A model generated the notes under the pieces. The model was not told the origin of the DNA. It saw only the letters and a program-made list of their open reading frames with translations, and searched no databases. A DNA stretch of 64,000 bases from contig CDRNST010000229.1 in the NCBI GenBank assembly GCA_977016875.1, positions 372,001 through 436,000 of the forward strand, read 5' to 3'. The stretch's first letter is position 1; each line of letters starts with the position of its first letter. Below, piece after piece: positions 1 through 10,516 of this stretch. The translations under genes and the position numbers were made by a program. Source of the stretch: Pavona decussata (taxonomy: Eukaryota).

Positions 1-634
1 AGAATGTAGGCTTAAGCAAAATAGATGAACCAAGGACGCGCCGTACCTTAACAAGATCATCTGCAGTTATCTTCATGAAAGGTACCATTTCTTTCAGATG
101 AGTATAACTGAAAGCTGGGGTCAGCATTTTACGTTGCCACGCATGTTGTGTGCCATTGGATGTCAGCAAGCTATTTCCCAGAGGTGGAATCATTTTTTGA
201 AGTCTCTGAGGTCTGTGGTACTTGTAGCAGTTTGTGACCAACACCTGATTCACAAGGCTCAGATCAGTTAAGAACACCGCAGGATGCTGCAAGCAAAAAA
301 ATCACAAAAGGAAATGTAAATAATGAAATTTGAAGAGGTTTTTAAGAAGAGATAGAACAAAGAAAATGATTTATGGAACACCAACAGACAGTTGATATAA
401 GGGCTGGGTCGCACTAAGCAAATTTTTGTATCTTCTAATTTTTGGCGGTCAAATTTTTTGGCACACATTTTTAAACTTCCAATTTTTAGTCTTGGTCGCA
501 CTACGGAAATTTGCAGTTTCAAAATATATTTGATTGATAGCAAAATCAGTCATAACCCACTGGGGAAAATGACCCTTCTTCTCCTGTTGCATCAGGAAAA
601 ACAAAACATTTTCGCGCAAGTGAATGGACACATT

Positions 635-960
635 GGTTCAGTGACAATGTCTCGGCAACCCAGGACTGCATCAATTTCGTCGTAAAACATCTTCTTCGAC
701 CCTCCAGTCTACTTCCTGTTCCATTCCTTTGCTTCTTTGCAACGTTCCATTAAATACTTGATTTTTTCATGGGTCTTCATACACTTGATTTCATGCGAGC
801 GTTTAAATCGTCGCAGATTTTAATCCACGCCATTCGTGACTCTCTACTCTCCAGCCAGTCATGGTTTTCGGTCCACAAGTGAACAAGCAGTCGTTGCTCA
901 GCTTGGGCCCAGGTGTCGTACTTTCCATTTTCGCCTTTCTTGCTCCGCTCTACTGGGTCA
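635..960 (-). pseudogene. Degenerate Myb/SANT-like (trihelix) DNA-binding protein, probably a Harbinger-type transposon relic
   Basis: Manual minus-strand translation gives KYDTWAQAEQRLLVHLWTENHDWLESRESRMAWIKICDDLNAR, then after a frameshift KIKYLMERCKEAKEWNRK*TGGSKKMFYDEIDAVLGCRDIV. This is the trihelix W..E...L..LW / W..I / FY.EID.VLG pattern, with one frameshift and one stop. Confidence 0.6.
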
Positions 961-2710
961 GGAGTGCAGCTAGCACTCGCTTCGCTACAGTGAATGACAG
1001 CTTAATTGCTATACAAACAAAATTGGCCGCTTTAAATTTGGTCGCCTCCGAGGCATGGCAGCACTTCGGCATCTTTGAAGATTGGCGAAATTTTGGCAAT
1101 CCGCGAAAAATTGGTAAGTTTTTGGAGTACGTGTTGACAGAGTATCACTTAAATAAACAAAATTGGCTCTAGTGCGACTAGTGTGTGACTAGCCTGTAGA
1201 TATATTAACGAATCATGGAGGTTTTAGTTTTTATCTGAATTTTACCCTATTGGTTGATTCAGAAAGTCTTTGTTGAACTACAAATATACCATAGTTGTAT
1301 CGCATGCTTTGAGTAGGGCATGCACGAGGACAGCACGAGGACAACACGGTGCCCAGTCTTTTCTCCTCTTATCGTTAGTCGGACAAGTGAATTGCCACAT
1401 AAAATAGTTGGAATTTATAACCCTCGAACTTGCTAGACGTCAGTCGGTCAAAGTGTGGGTTTCCTTTAAAAGTTCGATTCAATCTACAGAGTGGGTTAAA
1501 TTGTTTTGCTTCTGGATAAAAGCGATCCGCACTGGAGGGGTTGTTAACGACTGATAAATACACAGGTAATATATGGTTAATTTATTCAACTGTACATGTC
1601 GCTTGGTGCAATAGAAGTATATGTCTTATTATTTCACTTCTGAGTAGCTTTACCTGAGAGAGTTTACACATTGACGACGTAACTACTGAGTTCAAACCAT
1701 TTACAAAGTTTACTTCAGTTCTTGCAACAAAAAAAATTCAAATGACGGCCTTATTTCAACCCAGCTCACTCTAAAGTGGAGGGTGAGCAATTCACTCATT
1801 ATTGAAAAGAGCTTTGGTTTGATTCATGTTGTTCTTCAAAGGTAATGAAATTAAAAAACGAGAAAAATGGAAAAGGACTCCTTTTGGACATAGAAATAAC
1901 ATAGAAATGTGGCCGCTGGATTATTTTCAAATTTGTCCGTCATTTGATCACTGAAAGCGCAGCAAGTTCAACTCTGTAACCTTGAGCGACCTTGAAGACG
2001 GCCTGATTATGCAATTCACTTAATCACACCACACGCCGTCGCGCCTAGCCTGAGGTCTGTGCATATTTAATATCTATATTTTAACTGGTTGACCATGCAA
2101 CAACTGACTTAGATCCAAAGACGATAATTCCAATCGAATTTAAACTAACATGTATTCAAACAATGTATTTAATTTCTAAGAATCTTATATTTTTTTGTAA
2201 ATAAATACTTTTTAGCGTATTTTTGCCCCCTCTATTACAGTCAAATTTATTCAATATTCACCCAATAAACAGTATTTACTCTCGGAGAACCAAACATTCG
2301 CATACAAACATTGTTAAAAAGCCAAGTAAAGATTACGTTTGTTATCCTTCAAATCTTTTCGCTCAAATCACGCGCAGGATGATATGTTGACTGTGGACTC
2401 GAGAAATATACAGCTTTTTAGTCTTTGCTGGGAACGCTTTTCCAGCAGCATCTTGATGTAACGTGTGAAAAAAAGGGAGACATTTTTTCAACTTCCCAAG
2501 AGTGAGTGTTGCACGTGCAATTTCGTCCACCGGCAACGCTCCTTGCAACGCCGTTGCCTTGCAAGTTGCAAGAGACATGGCCTATAATGCTTCGTGTAAG
2601 CTGATTATTTTGTCTAGGTAAAGCGAAAATGCTATTAGCTGTATTTGAAGTTGCCTATTAATTGAGGGTGAACCCAAATGTTGTTTTGTCTAGCGTTGAA
2701 AGGTTAAAAA

Positions 2711-4093
2711 ATGGCACCAGACACTACTTACAGCCGAAAAGTTAGAACTGTGGCAGAAACAGATGACAAGACCCCAGGTGGAGACGAAGCCAAGAGAGTC
2801 TTGATTACTGAAAGGGAACTGAAAGAAAACAACGGCACTACTGGCACGTCATCTTGGATCGCCATTAAGGACAAAGTTTACGATGTGACCAACTTTGGCC
2901 AAGAGCATCCAGGAGGACGGATCATATTCACGCATGCGGGACAGGACGCCACCGATGTGTTCAACGCCTTCCATCCTGCTGCAGTGTATACGTGGCTACC
3001 ACGGTTTTACGTTGGAGAGCTCGTGAGAGATCCTCCGGCTGCACAGAAGGAAGTCAACTACCGACGAGATGTTAAAGCTATGAAGTCGGAGCTGATGAAG
3101 GCGCGAGCGTTTGAATCCTCCAAGCTGTATTACGCTTTCAAAGTAGCATCCAACGCCGGAATACTCGCCACAGCTATTGCAGTGATTGTGGTGTTAAATG
3201 GTATGCTTGGAGCGGTGCTAGGTGGGATTATTCTCGCCCTCTTCTGGCAGCAGTGTGGTTGGCTAGCTCACGACTTCCTGCATCACCAAGTATTCACCAA
3301 CCGCATGTACAACAACCTAGCAGGACTCGGTATCGGTAACATCTGGCAGGGGTTCTCTACCTCCTGGTGGAAAATGAAGCACAATCACCATCATGCTGTA
3401 CCCAATGTGGTTCAAACCCAAGCAGGAGGAGACCCGGACATCCTCACAATGCCACTATTGCTGTGGTCGGAGAAGATCATTGAAGGAGACTCAGAAGAAC
3501 TCAAAGATCTTCCAAGATTCCTGATTAGGCATCAGAAGTTCTTCTACGTACCGCTGCTGGCTGCTGCACGGTTGTCATGGTTACTGCAGTCCATCCTGTT
3601 CCAGTTTGAGCCAGTACACCAGTTTGTCGGCGGCCTACCCATGAAGATTGCCGAGATCCTCACGATTGCTATTCATTACGTGGCAGTGATCTACATCACG
3701 CTGTTACTGGAAACGGCTGCATCACGTGTGGTGTTCCTGTTGATCTGTCAATCACTCGGCGGTTTATTCATCGCTGTTGTCTTCACTGTAGGTCATAACG
3801 CCATGGATATCTTCACAAGCGAGGAAATGAAAAACACTGACTTTGTCCGACTGCAGGTTCGCTCCACACGCGATATCACTCCCACGGTGTTCAATACATG
3901 GTTTAGCGGTGGTCTTGCATATCAGGTGGAGCATCATATATGGCCCACTTTGCCGCGGCACAGTTTTCCTCTGGCATCGAAGATTCTCAAGCGATTTTGC
4001 GCAAAGTACAATATTCCCTATACAGTCGAAGGATTGATCAAAGGAAACTGGGCAGTTTGCAAACTTCTGTCGGATGTCGGCAAAGAGTTTTAG
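2711..4093 (+). CDS. Front-end (delta-6/delta-5/delta-8 type) fatty acid desaturase with N-terminal cytochrome b5 domain, 460 aa, intronless CDS
   Basis: Cytochrome b5 heme motif HPGG; His boxes HDFLHH, HNHHH and QVEHH (Q replaces the first H, diagnostic of front-end desaturases); hydrophobic membrane spans. Possible 5'-UTR intron at 2618-2693 (gtaaag...ttttgtctag). Confidence 0.95.
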   Translation: MAPDTTYSRKVRTVAETDDKTPGGDEAKRVLITERELKENNGTTGTSSWIAIKDKVYDVTNFGQEHPGGRIIFTHAGQDATDVFNAFHPAAVYTWLPRFYVGELVRDPPAAQKEVNYRRDVKAMKSELMKARAFESSKLYYAFKVASNAGILATAIAVIVVLNGMLGAVLGGIILALFWQQCGWLAHDFLHHQVFTNRMYNNLAGLGIGNIWQGFSTSWWKMKHNHHHAVPNVVQTQAGGDPDILTMPLLLWSEKIIEGDSEELKDLPRFLIRHQKFFYVPLLAAARLSWLLQSILFQFEPVHQFVGGLPMKIAEILTIAIHYVAVIYITLLLETAASRVVFLLICQSLGGLFIAVVFTVGHNAMDIFTSEEMKNTDFVRLQVRSTRDITPTVFNTWFSGGLAYQVEHHIWPTLPRHSFPLASKILKRFCAKYNIPYTVEGLIKGNWAVCKLLSDVGKEF

Positions 4094-4891
4094 AATTCAG
4101 TGCACTTGAAAATGTGTTTTCATGATAATTTATGATTATCAGCAATAAGGCCTTGTTCACACTAGAGACGTAACGACGTCGTCACAAAAAGATCAGTTTG
4201 TTTTGTAACAATCGACACAGACATAAGAACCTAGGGAAACTAATATCATCTTTACTTGTGACATAACACATCGACTTAAAGTGTATATGACACGAAATAT
4301 TTTTTTCTTGAGTTTCTCTTAGTCCAAAATATATATAAAAAAAACGACTTGAAGTGTTCAAAATGCCCGCCTGTTCAGGGGTTTCGTTTCAGGCCGGACA
4401 CAACGTCCGGTTGTTTGACATGTAACGTCCGGTAGTTCACACTCGGTTCACACATAGTTTACACACCAAATAAATTTTTTTTTTCAAGCGTGAAAATCGG
4501 TTTGTTTTGCATTCATTAATTAATCAAAGATAGAGTTGACTATTTTGCTCACTTATGTAACGAGTATAATCGGAAAAAAAAAAGAGATAATTCCTATCAT
4601 ACATAATAAAATCATTATTCATCATTTCCCATCCCCTCCCCCTTACCCCTGTCATCTGTAAACCATCTGTCATATCCAGGATTATCCGGCTCTTTCCGAT
4701 TGGAATCCGTTTTGGAATCTACTTAAAAACGGACAACTGAGCGCAAACTGTTCATTATAATTACCGTATTTTCTTGATTAAACTCCGGCTTCGTATAAAC
4801 GCTGCGTGAAAACTGCCGATTTTTAAATAAACGCCGGGTGCGTTTGATCGGGGCCCCGGTGTTTGCTCGGGGTCCCGGCGTGTATTACATA

Positions 4892-4986
4892 TAGTCTGAA
4901 ATGTCAGTCGTCTCCTCCCCCTAACCCACAGGGGGCGCCTCGCCCCCTGTGGGTTAGGGGGAGGTGACGGCTGACACTTCAGACTA
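4892..4986. mobile_element. Short palindromic (hairpin) non-autonomous element
   Basis: TAGTCTGAAATGTCAG...CTGACACTTCAGACTA near-perfect inverted repeat; same family as 62931-63002. Confidence 0.7.
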
Positions 4987-5072
4987 CATGTGTCCCGGTC
5001 ATCGCACAACCAAAATATCACCTGGTATGGTTGTGACGTCACATTGTTATCTCCACATTCAAGGCTCCTTAA

Positions 5073-5410
5073 CCTTATTTAGACCGCGGTGACTTTCAAC
5101 TTGAATAACTTTTTTTTCATATTTGCGCAAACGCCATGAAATTTCACGAATTTTCAGGAAATTTATCTTAGAAAAATTTCACTTTTCGCTCAATTTCGGT
5201 GCTTTCCTGAAGTTATGGGGAAATCCAGAAATACAAGATGGCGGATCCAGGATGGCCCCCATTTGGCAATTATGACCCTAGCTATTACCGTCCTTTGACG
5301 TCATCACTTCCCGTTGTGGACGTCAAAGGGGACATCTTTGGACGTATTATTGTCAAAAGTTTTATAGTTGTGAAGTCCCCCACCCGGTCCGAAAAGAGGT
5401 CTAGATAGGG
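5073..5410. mobile_element. piggyBac-like MITE
   Basis: TTAA on both flanks (5069-5072, 5411-5414); terminal inverted repeats CCTTATTTAGACC / GGTCTAGATAGGG. Confidence 0.65.
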
Positions 5411-5598
5411 TTAAGTCGGTTATGAAGAGATGTCGAAGGGCTTGTATTTCTGTTGACCTTGTCAGATTCAAGCTTATTCTGCAGGCTACACAGTGCAGCC
5501 CCATTATCGACCTCATATTTTACAGTGTTTTTAGCCAAATCTGCTGGTAGGGTGGTGTAAATTCCCCGAGAAGGGTATCCACGAAAAGCAGGGAATCG

Positions 5599-5750
5599 GA
5601 CCATTTTTAATATATTAAAATTCTAGCTTAGCTACTAGGCTTGGGGAAAAAAAAATTAATTACTCATCTCTGAACCTCAATCAAATTTCTGTTGTTTTAT
5701 TCCCCCAAGCCTCGTAGCCAAGCTAGAATTTCAATATATCGGAAATGGTC
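5599..5750. mobile_element. MITE with about 50-bp imperfect TIRs
   Basis: GACCATTT..AATTCTAGCTT..CTAC.AGGCTTGGGG is mirrored by CCCCAAGCCT.GTAG..AAGCTAGAATT..AAATGGTC. Confidence 0.65.
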
Positions 5751-6852
5751 TGTTGGTTCCCTTCCACCTAATTTTTCATTGGATGGTGCTTGTGTGGGTG
5801 TAGGAAGGTGGGGGGGGCGGGGGGGGTGTTGCTATCATTACAATATTTGCCAAATTGTGGAGAGGGCGAGGGCTTTTGATAATGAAAGAGGTTAAGCACG
5901 AACAAAGAAAACAATAATATAAGCTTTACTTTAGATGATTCTGTAAAAAGATAGAGGCTTATCTTGAGATGGGTGCATTCAAACAGGCATAAATCATGCT
6001 AGAGTCTTAATTTATTCGGTTCTATGTACTGTAGGATGAGACTGATAGAGAAATTGGAATGAGTGTCTACATGGGGTTTAACAAAAAGCTTAAGTAGCAA
6101 GCGTTCCTGTTTGAGTTTCGATGCGCAAGGTTGAATTTCGAGCAAAAAAAAAAAAAATTAAAAGTGGTTAGGGAAGGTAAGAGGGGAGGTGTTAGGGTCA
6201 GAGAGTGGCTCGAGAAACCCCAAATACTTGATTCCCAGGCAAAGTGAGAAAACCGCTCTTTTACTGATAGCTCAGAATATTTTTATCTGTTAGCACGGAT
6301 AAAGGAAAAGTTTTCACTTTTTACTTCTCTAACTGATATTCAAGCGCCTTCATCTAATCCTTACACCTCCACAATTTGGTGCCGCCGATTGCTGTGCACT
6401 TTTGTGCATCATAGATGCATATGACATGTAAATAAAGTTTTTACTTACTTACTTACTTGCTTTTAGCTTTAAGAAGGTAAAACGAAAGACGCGCTTGCTG
6501 CGAGGAACTTTTTCGCGCTGATGTCCTGTAAGTGAATCGTTTACTTATTCTGTTTGTATGTTGTTTAGTGCCGTTCTCAACCATATCGCCCGTCTACTGA
6601 ATCACTGATAAAATTCAATACTTCAGTACTCTTCTGTGATTTGAGAGTAAAAAGCAAGGGAAATGTTTTCATATTGTATTGTTTCCCTAATCATTGATCA
6701 CCGGTCTAATACTCCATTTGTTTTTGTGACGTCATGACTAAGACAGCCTGTTCAAATATTCTTTGCGTGACAATATTGCTGCTACCCCACCCAATCTCAA
6801 CTCTCAGTTGTACTAGCGGTTTTAGTAGTACTCCGACTACTTGCGTCAAACC

Positions 6853-9800
6853 ATGGAAATTTTACAGTATTTTCCCATTGCTGCGGTTACTTTTGTTGTC
6901 ATTTATTTCTTTGTCAAGCGATCTCAAGCAAAAAACGTCAAGAAACCCATCAAGCCCGGGACAGTGGTTCTCCACCAGTTCGCACCTTCTGATTTGGTTC
7001 CAAGTGGTTCCCCGCCGTGTTTAAAGTTAGAAACCTTTCTTCGAATGACAAAAATTCCGTACGAAAATGCCTACGGCATGAAGTTTTCCAAGCAAGGCAA
7101 ATTGCCGTGGATCGAGTTCAATGGGAAAGAAATCGCTGATTCAAATTTCTGTATTCAATTTCTAATGAATGAATTCCACCTGGATGTTGACTCGCATTTG
7201 AACCTCACAGAAAGAGCCATTGGACACACTGTCCGAACCATGTTAGAAGTAAACACATACTGGTAAGTTTTGAAGTCCGTGTGCTCGTGTTTTGTTGGTT
7301 TTTATGTTGACTTTAAAGTTTCGTGCACTGTTGCATAACCTGAAGAGATTGCAATTATATTCTAGACACGCTCACTGACTCTCAAAATGCTAATGACCCA
7401 GTCTGATGATTATGTCACACAACACATAAATTTGTGTGAAGGCGCCTTCAGTTGACCATGTCTTGCGCGACAAGCACCACTCTTTTTACGCGGGATGCCC
7501 TGAAGGGGCATACCGTGTCTAAAAACGGGTCGATTTCTTTTTTTTTTTACGCGGGATGCCCTGAGGGGGCATACCGTGTCTAAAAACGAGACGATTTCTT
7601 TTTCTTCGTCGTAGCTACAAATCGCCACATTAATTTATTCATTAAACTCACCCCTCTCCTAGTCGGGATGCATTGTTTTGATTGTCTTCAACAACAGCAG
7701 GCCAATCAAAATCCATTCTTGTCGCTTATATCGCGAGGGAGGGGACCCACTCACCCCTACCTGTGTGACGTCAATGCATCATTTGATATATTTATTAAAG
7801 ACGGATTAAGTCGCGCCATATTGTTTTAACATGTTCTGGACTCAAGTGTGCCGTTTTCAAACGGAAATTTCACCATTTTGAAGCGGTAAATCGAAAGAAT
7901 AACTTCTAAGAAGCACCCGACTCGTAAAACGGTGGAAATTGGTGAGTTCTTAGTGAAGGAATCGTGCTTTGTTTGACAGTCTTAGGCCACGACGCGAGAC
8001 AGAAAAGAGGTCATTGAGAAGCTTACGTTATCGTAATGGAATTTGACAAATTTCCGCTGATAGTCTGAGTCGCGTAACACACGGAAAACAACGTAACGCG
8101 ATCGTCGTGACTCAAACTATTCCATTAGCAAGGATAGTTTTATCAATCGGCGAAGCATACAGTTGGAATAAATGAATCAGCCCCAGCATCACGCGTAATG
8201 CCAGTATAGCAGGCATCTTGTTTTTTCTTTTTTTTTTTTTTCTTCCTCGTAGCTACAAATCGGTACATTAATTTATTCATTAAACTCACCCCTCTCCTAC
8301 TCGGGATGTATTGTTCTGATTGTCTTCAACAGAAGCAGGCCAATCAAAATCCATTCTTGTCGCTTATATCGCGAGGGAGGAGACCCACTCACCCTTACCT
8401 GTGTGACGTCAATGCATCATTTGATCTATTTATTAAAGACGGATTAACTCGCGCCATATTGTTTTAACATGTTCTGGACTCAAGTGTGCCGTTTTCAAAG
8501 GGAAATTTCACCATTTTGAAGCGGTAAATCGAAAGAATAACTTCTAAGAAGCACCCGACACGTAAAACGGTGGAAATTGGTGAGTTCTTAGTGAAGGAAT
8601 CGTGCTTTGTTTGACAGTCTTAGACCACGACGCGAGACTGAAAAGAGGTCATTGAGAAGCTTACGTTATCGTAATGGAATTTGACAAATTTCCGCTGATA
8701 GTCTGAGTCGCGTAACACACGGAAAACAACGTAACGCGATCGTCGTGACTCAAACTATTCCATTAGCAAGGATAGTTTTATCAATCGGCGAAGCATACAG
8801 TTGGAATTTCCTACTCGGGATGTATTGTTCTGATTGTCTTTAACAAAGGCAGGCCAATCAAAATCCATTCTTATCGCTAGGGAGGGGACCCACTCACCCT
8901 TACCTGTGTGACGTCAACGCATCATTTGATTTCTTCATTAAAACTGCATTAAATTGTGGAGCCATATTGTTAACATGTTCTGGACTCAAGTGTGCCGTTT
9001 TCAAACGGAAATTTCACCATTTTGAAGCAGTAAATCGAAAGAATAACTTCTAAGAAGCACTCGACATCTAAAACGGTGGAAATTGGAGAGTTCCTGGCGA
9101 AGGAATCGTGCTTTCTTTGACAGTCTTAGTCCACGACTGCAGACAGAGAAGAGGTCATTGAGAAGCTTACGTTATCGCAATGGAATTCCCGCAATTTCCC
9201 TTGAAAACCTGAGTAACGTAACACAAGGGGAACAACGTAACGCGATCGTTGTGACTCAAACTATTCCATTAGCAAGGATAGTTTTATCAATCGGCGAAGC
9301 ATACAGTTGGAATAAATGAATCAGTCCGGGCATCACGTGTAATGCCAGTATAGCATATTCATTAAACTCACCCCTCTCCTACTCGGGGTGTATTGTTCTG
9401 ATTGTCTTCAACAAAAGCAGGCCAATCAAAATCCATTCTTGTCGCTTACATCGCGAGGGAGGGGACCCACTCACCCCTACCTGTGTGACGTCAACGCATC
9501 ATTTGATCTATTTATTAAAAACGGATTAAATTTGGGGCGATATTGTTTATAACATGTTCTGGACTCAAGTGTGCCGTTTTCAAACGGAAATTTCACCATT
9601 TTGAAGCGGCAAATCGAAAGAATAACTTCTAAGAAGCACTCGACATTTAAAACGGTAGAAATTGGTGAGTTCATGGCGAAGGAATCGTGCTTTGTTTGAC
9701 AGTCCTTGACCACGACGCGAGACTAAAAAGACGTCATTGAGAAGCTTACGTTATCGTAATGGAATTCCACACATTTCCGGTGAAAGTCTGAGTCGCGTAA

Positions 9801-10516
9801 CACAAGGAAAACAACCTAACGCGATCGTCGTGACTCAAACTATTCCATTAGCAAGGATAGTTTTATCAATCGGCGAAGCATACAGTTGGAAAAAATGAAT
9901 CAGCCCCAGCATCACGCGTAATGCCAGTAAAGCTGGCATCTTGTTTAATTAATGTTTACACGGGCTAGACGACTTAGATTTCCTAGTTAGCGAGGACACA
10001 TTTTTAGCCCCAAAAATAGTAATTTGCCACCATTATTTTCCCCAAAATATTATCGTGACGCCTCGTTATATGTGTCTTTTTCGCAGGAGCCTGGCACATT
10101 ATCGCTGGTTCTCCGACTTTTCCGCAAGCATGCGTGAGAAGCTGTTTGGTCACCTTTTCCTGCCAATCAAATATCTGATATTTTACATGATACGGAGAAG
10201 GGTGGGTAAGGATCTGTGGAATCACGGGATAGGTCGACACACGGAACAAGAGCTTTTTGGGATTGCTGAGAGAGATCTGCTTGCAGTGTCGGAAATATTG
10301 GGCCACAAGAACTTCTTGTTTGGTGATAGGCCATGCCTAGCGGACGCTGGTCTGTTTGCGTTCATCGTTGGCTCGGTCTGGGATTGCCCAGCAAGTCCTC
10401 TAGCTGAAATAACTAGGACGAAAGCCAAGAATTTGGAGAATCATGCTCAGAGAATGAAGTTGCTGTATTATCCAGATTGGGATAAAATCATTGCTAAGAA
10501 AAAGAAATTTGAATAG
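6853..10516 (+). CDS. FAXC: Failed axon connections homolog (FAXC/metaxin-like, GST-fold); 2 exons, 6853-7262 and 10087-10516
   Basis: N-terminal hydrophobic anchor, then SPPCLKLETFLRMTKIPY...SKQGKLPWIEFNG..IADSNFCI (GST-N-like) and HGIGRH..E...I..RDL.A.SEILG.K.FLFGDRPCLADAGLFAF (GST-C-like). Donor TG|gtaagt at 7263 and acceptor tcgcag|G at 10087 join in phase 2 to rebuild ...NTYWSLAHYRW. Confidence 0.88.
7486..9945 (+). mobile_element. Head-to-tail array (about 4 units of 500-640 bp) of a Helentron-associated non-autonomous element (HINE/DINE-1-like), inside the FAXC intron
   Basis: Four near-identical units. The 5' end is TTTTTACGCGGGATGC overlapping hairpin ATGCCC-tgaag-GGGCAT and is duplicated at 7486 and about 7547. 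The 3' end is GCATCACGCGTAA (subterminal inverted repeat) plus hairpin ATGCCAG-n5-CTGGCAT plus CTTGTT. Flanks are T-rich with no TSD. Confidence 0.75.

Noticed and set aside
2711-4093. Desaturase as symbiont (dinoflagellate) contamination
   Set aside because: The CDS is intronless, whereas Symbiodiniaceae genes are intron-dense. A nearby hairpin element (4892-4986) belongs to the same family as one at the far end of the window. Read-level confirmation is still needed.
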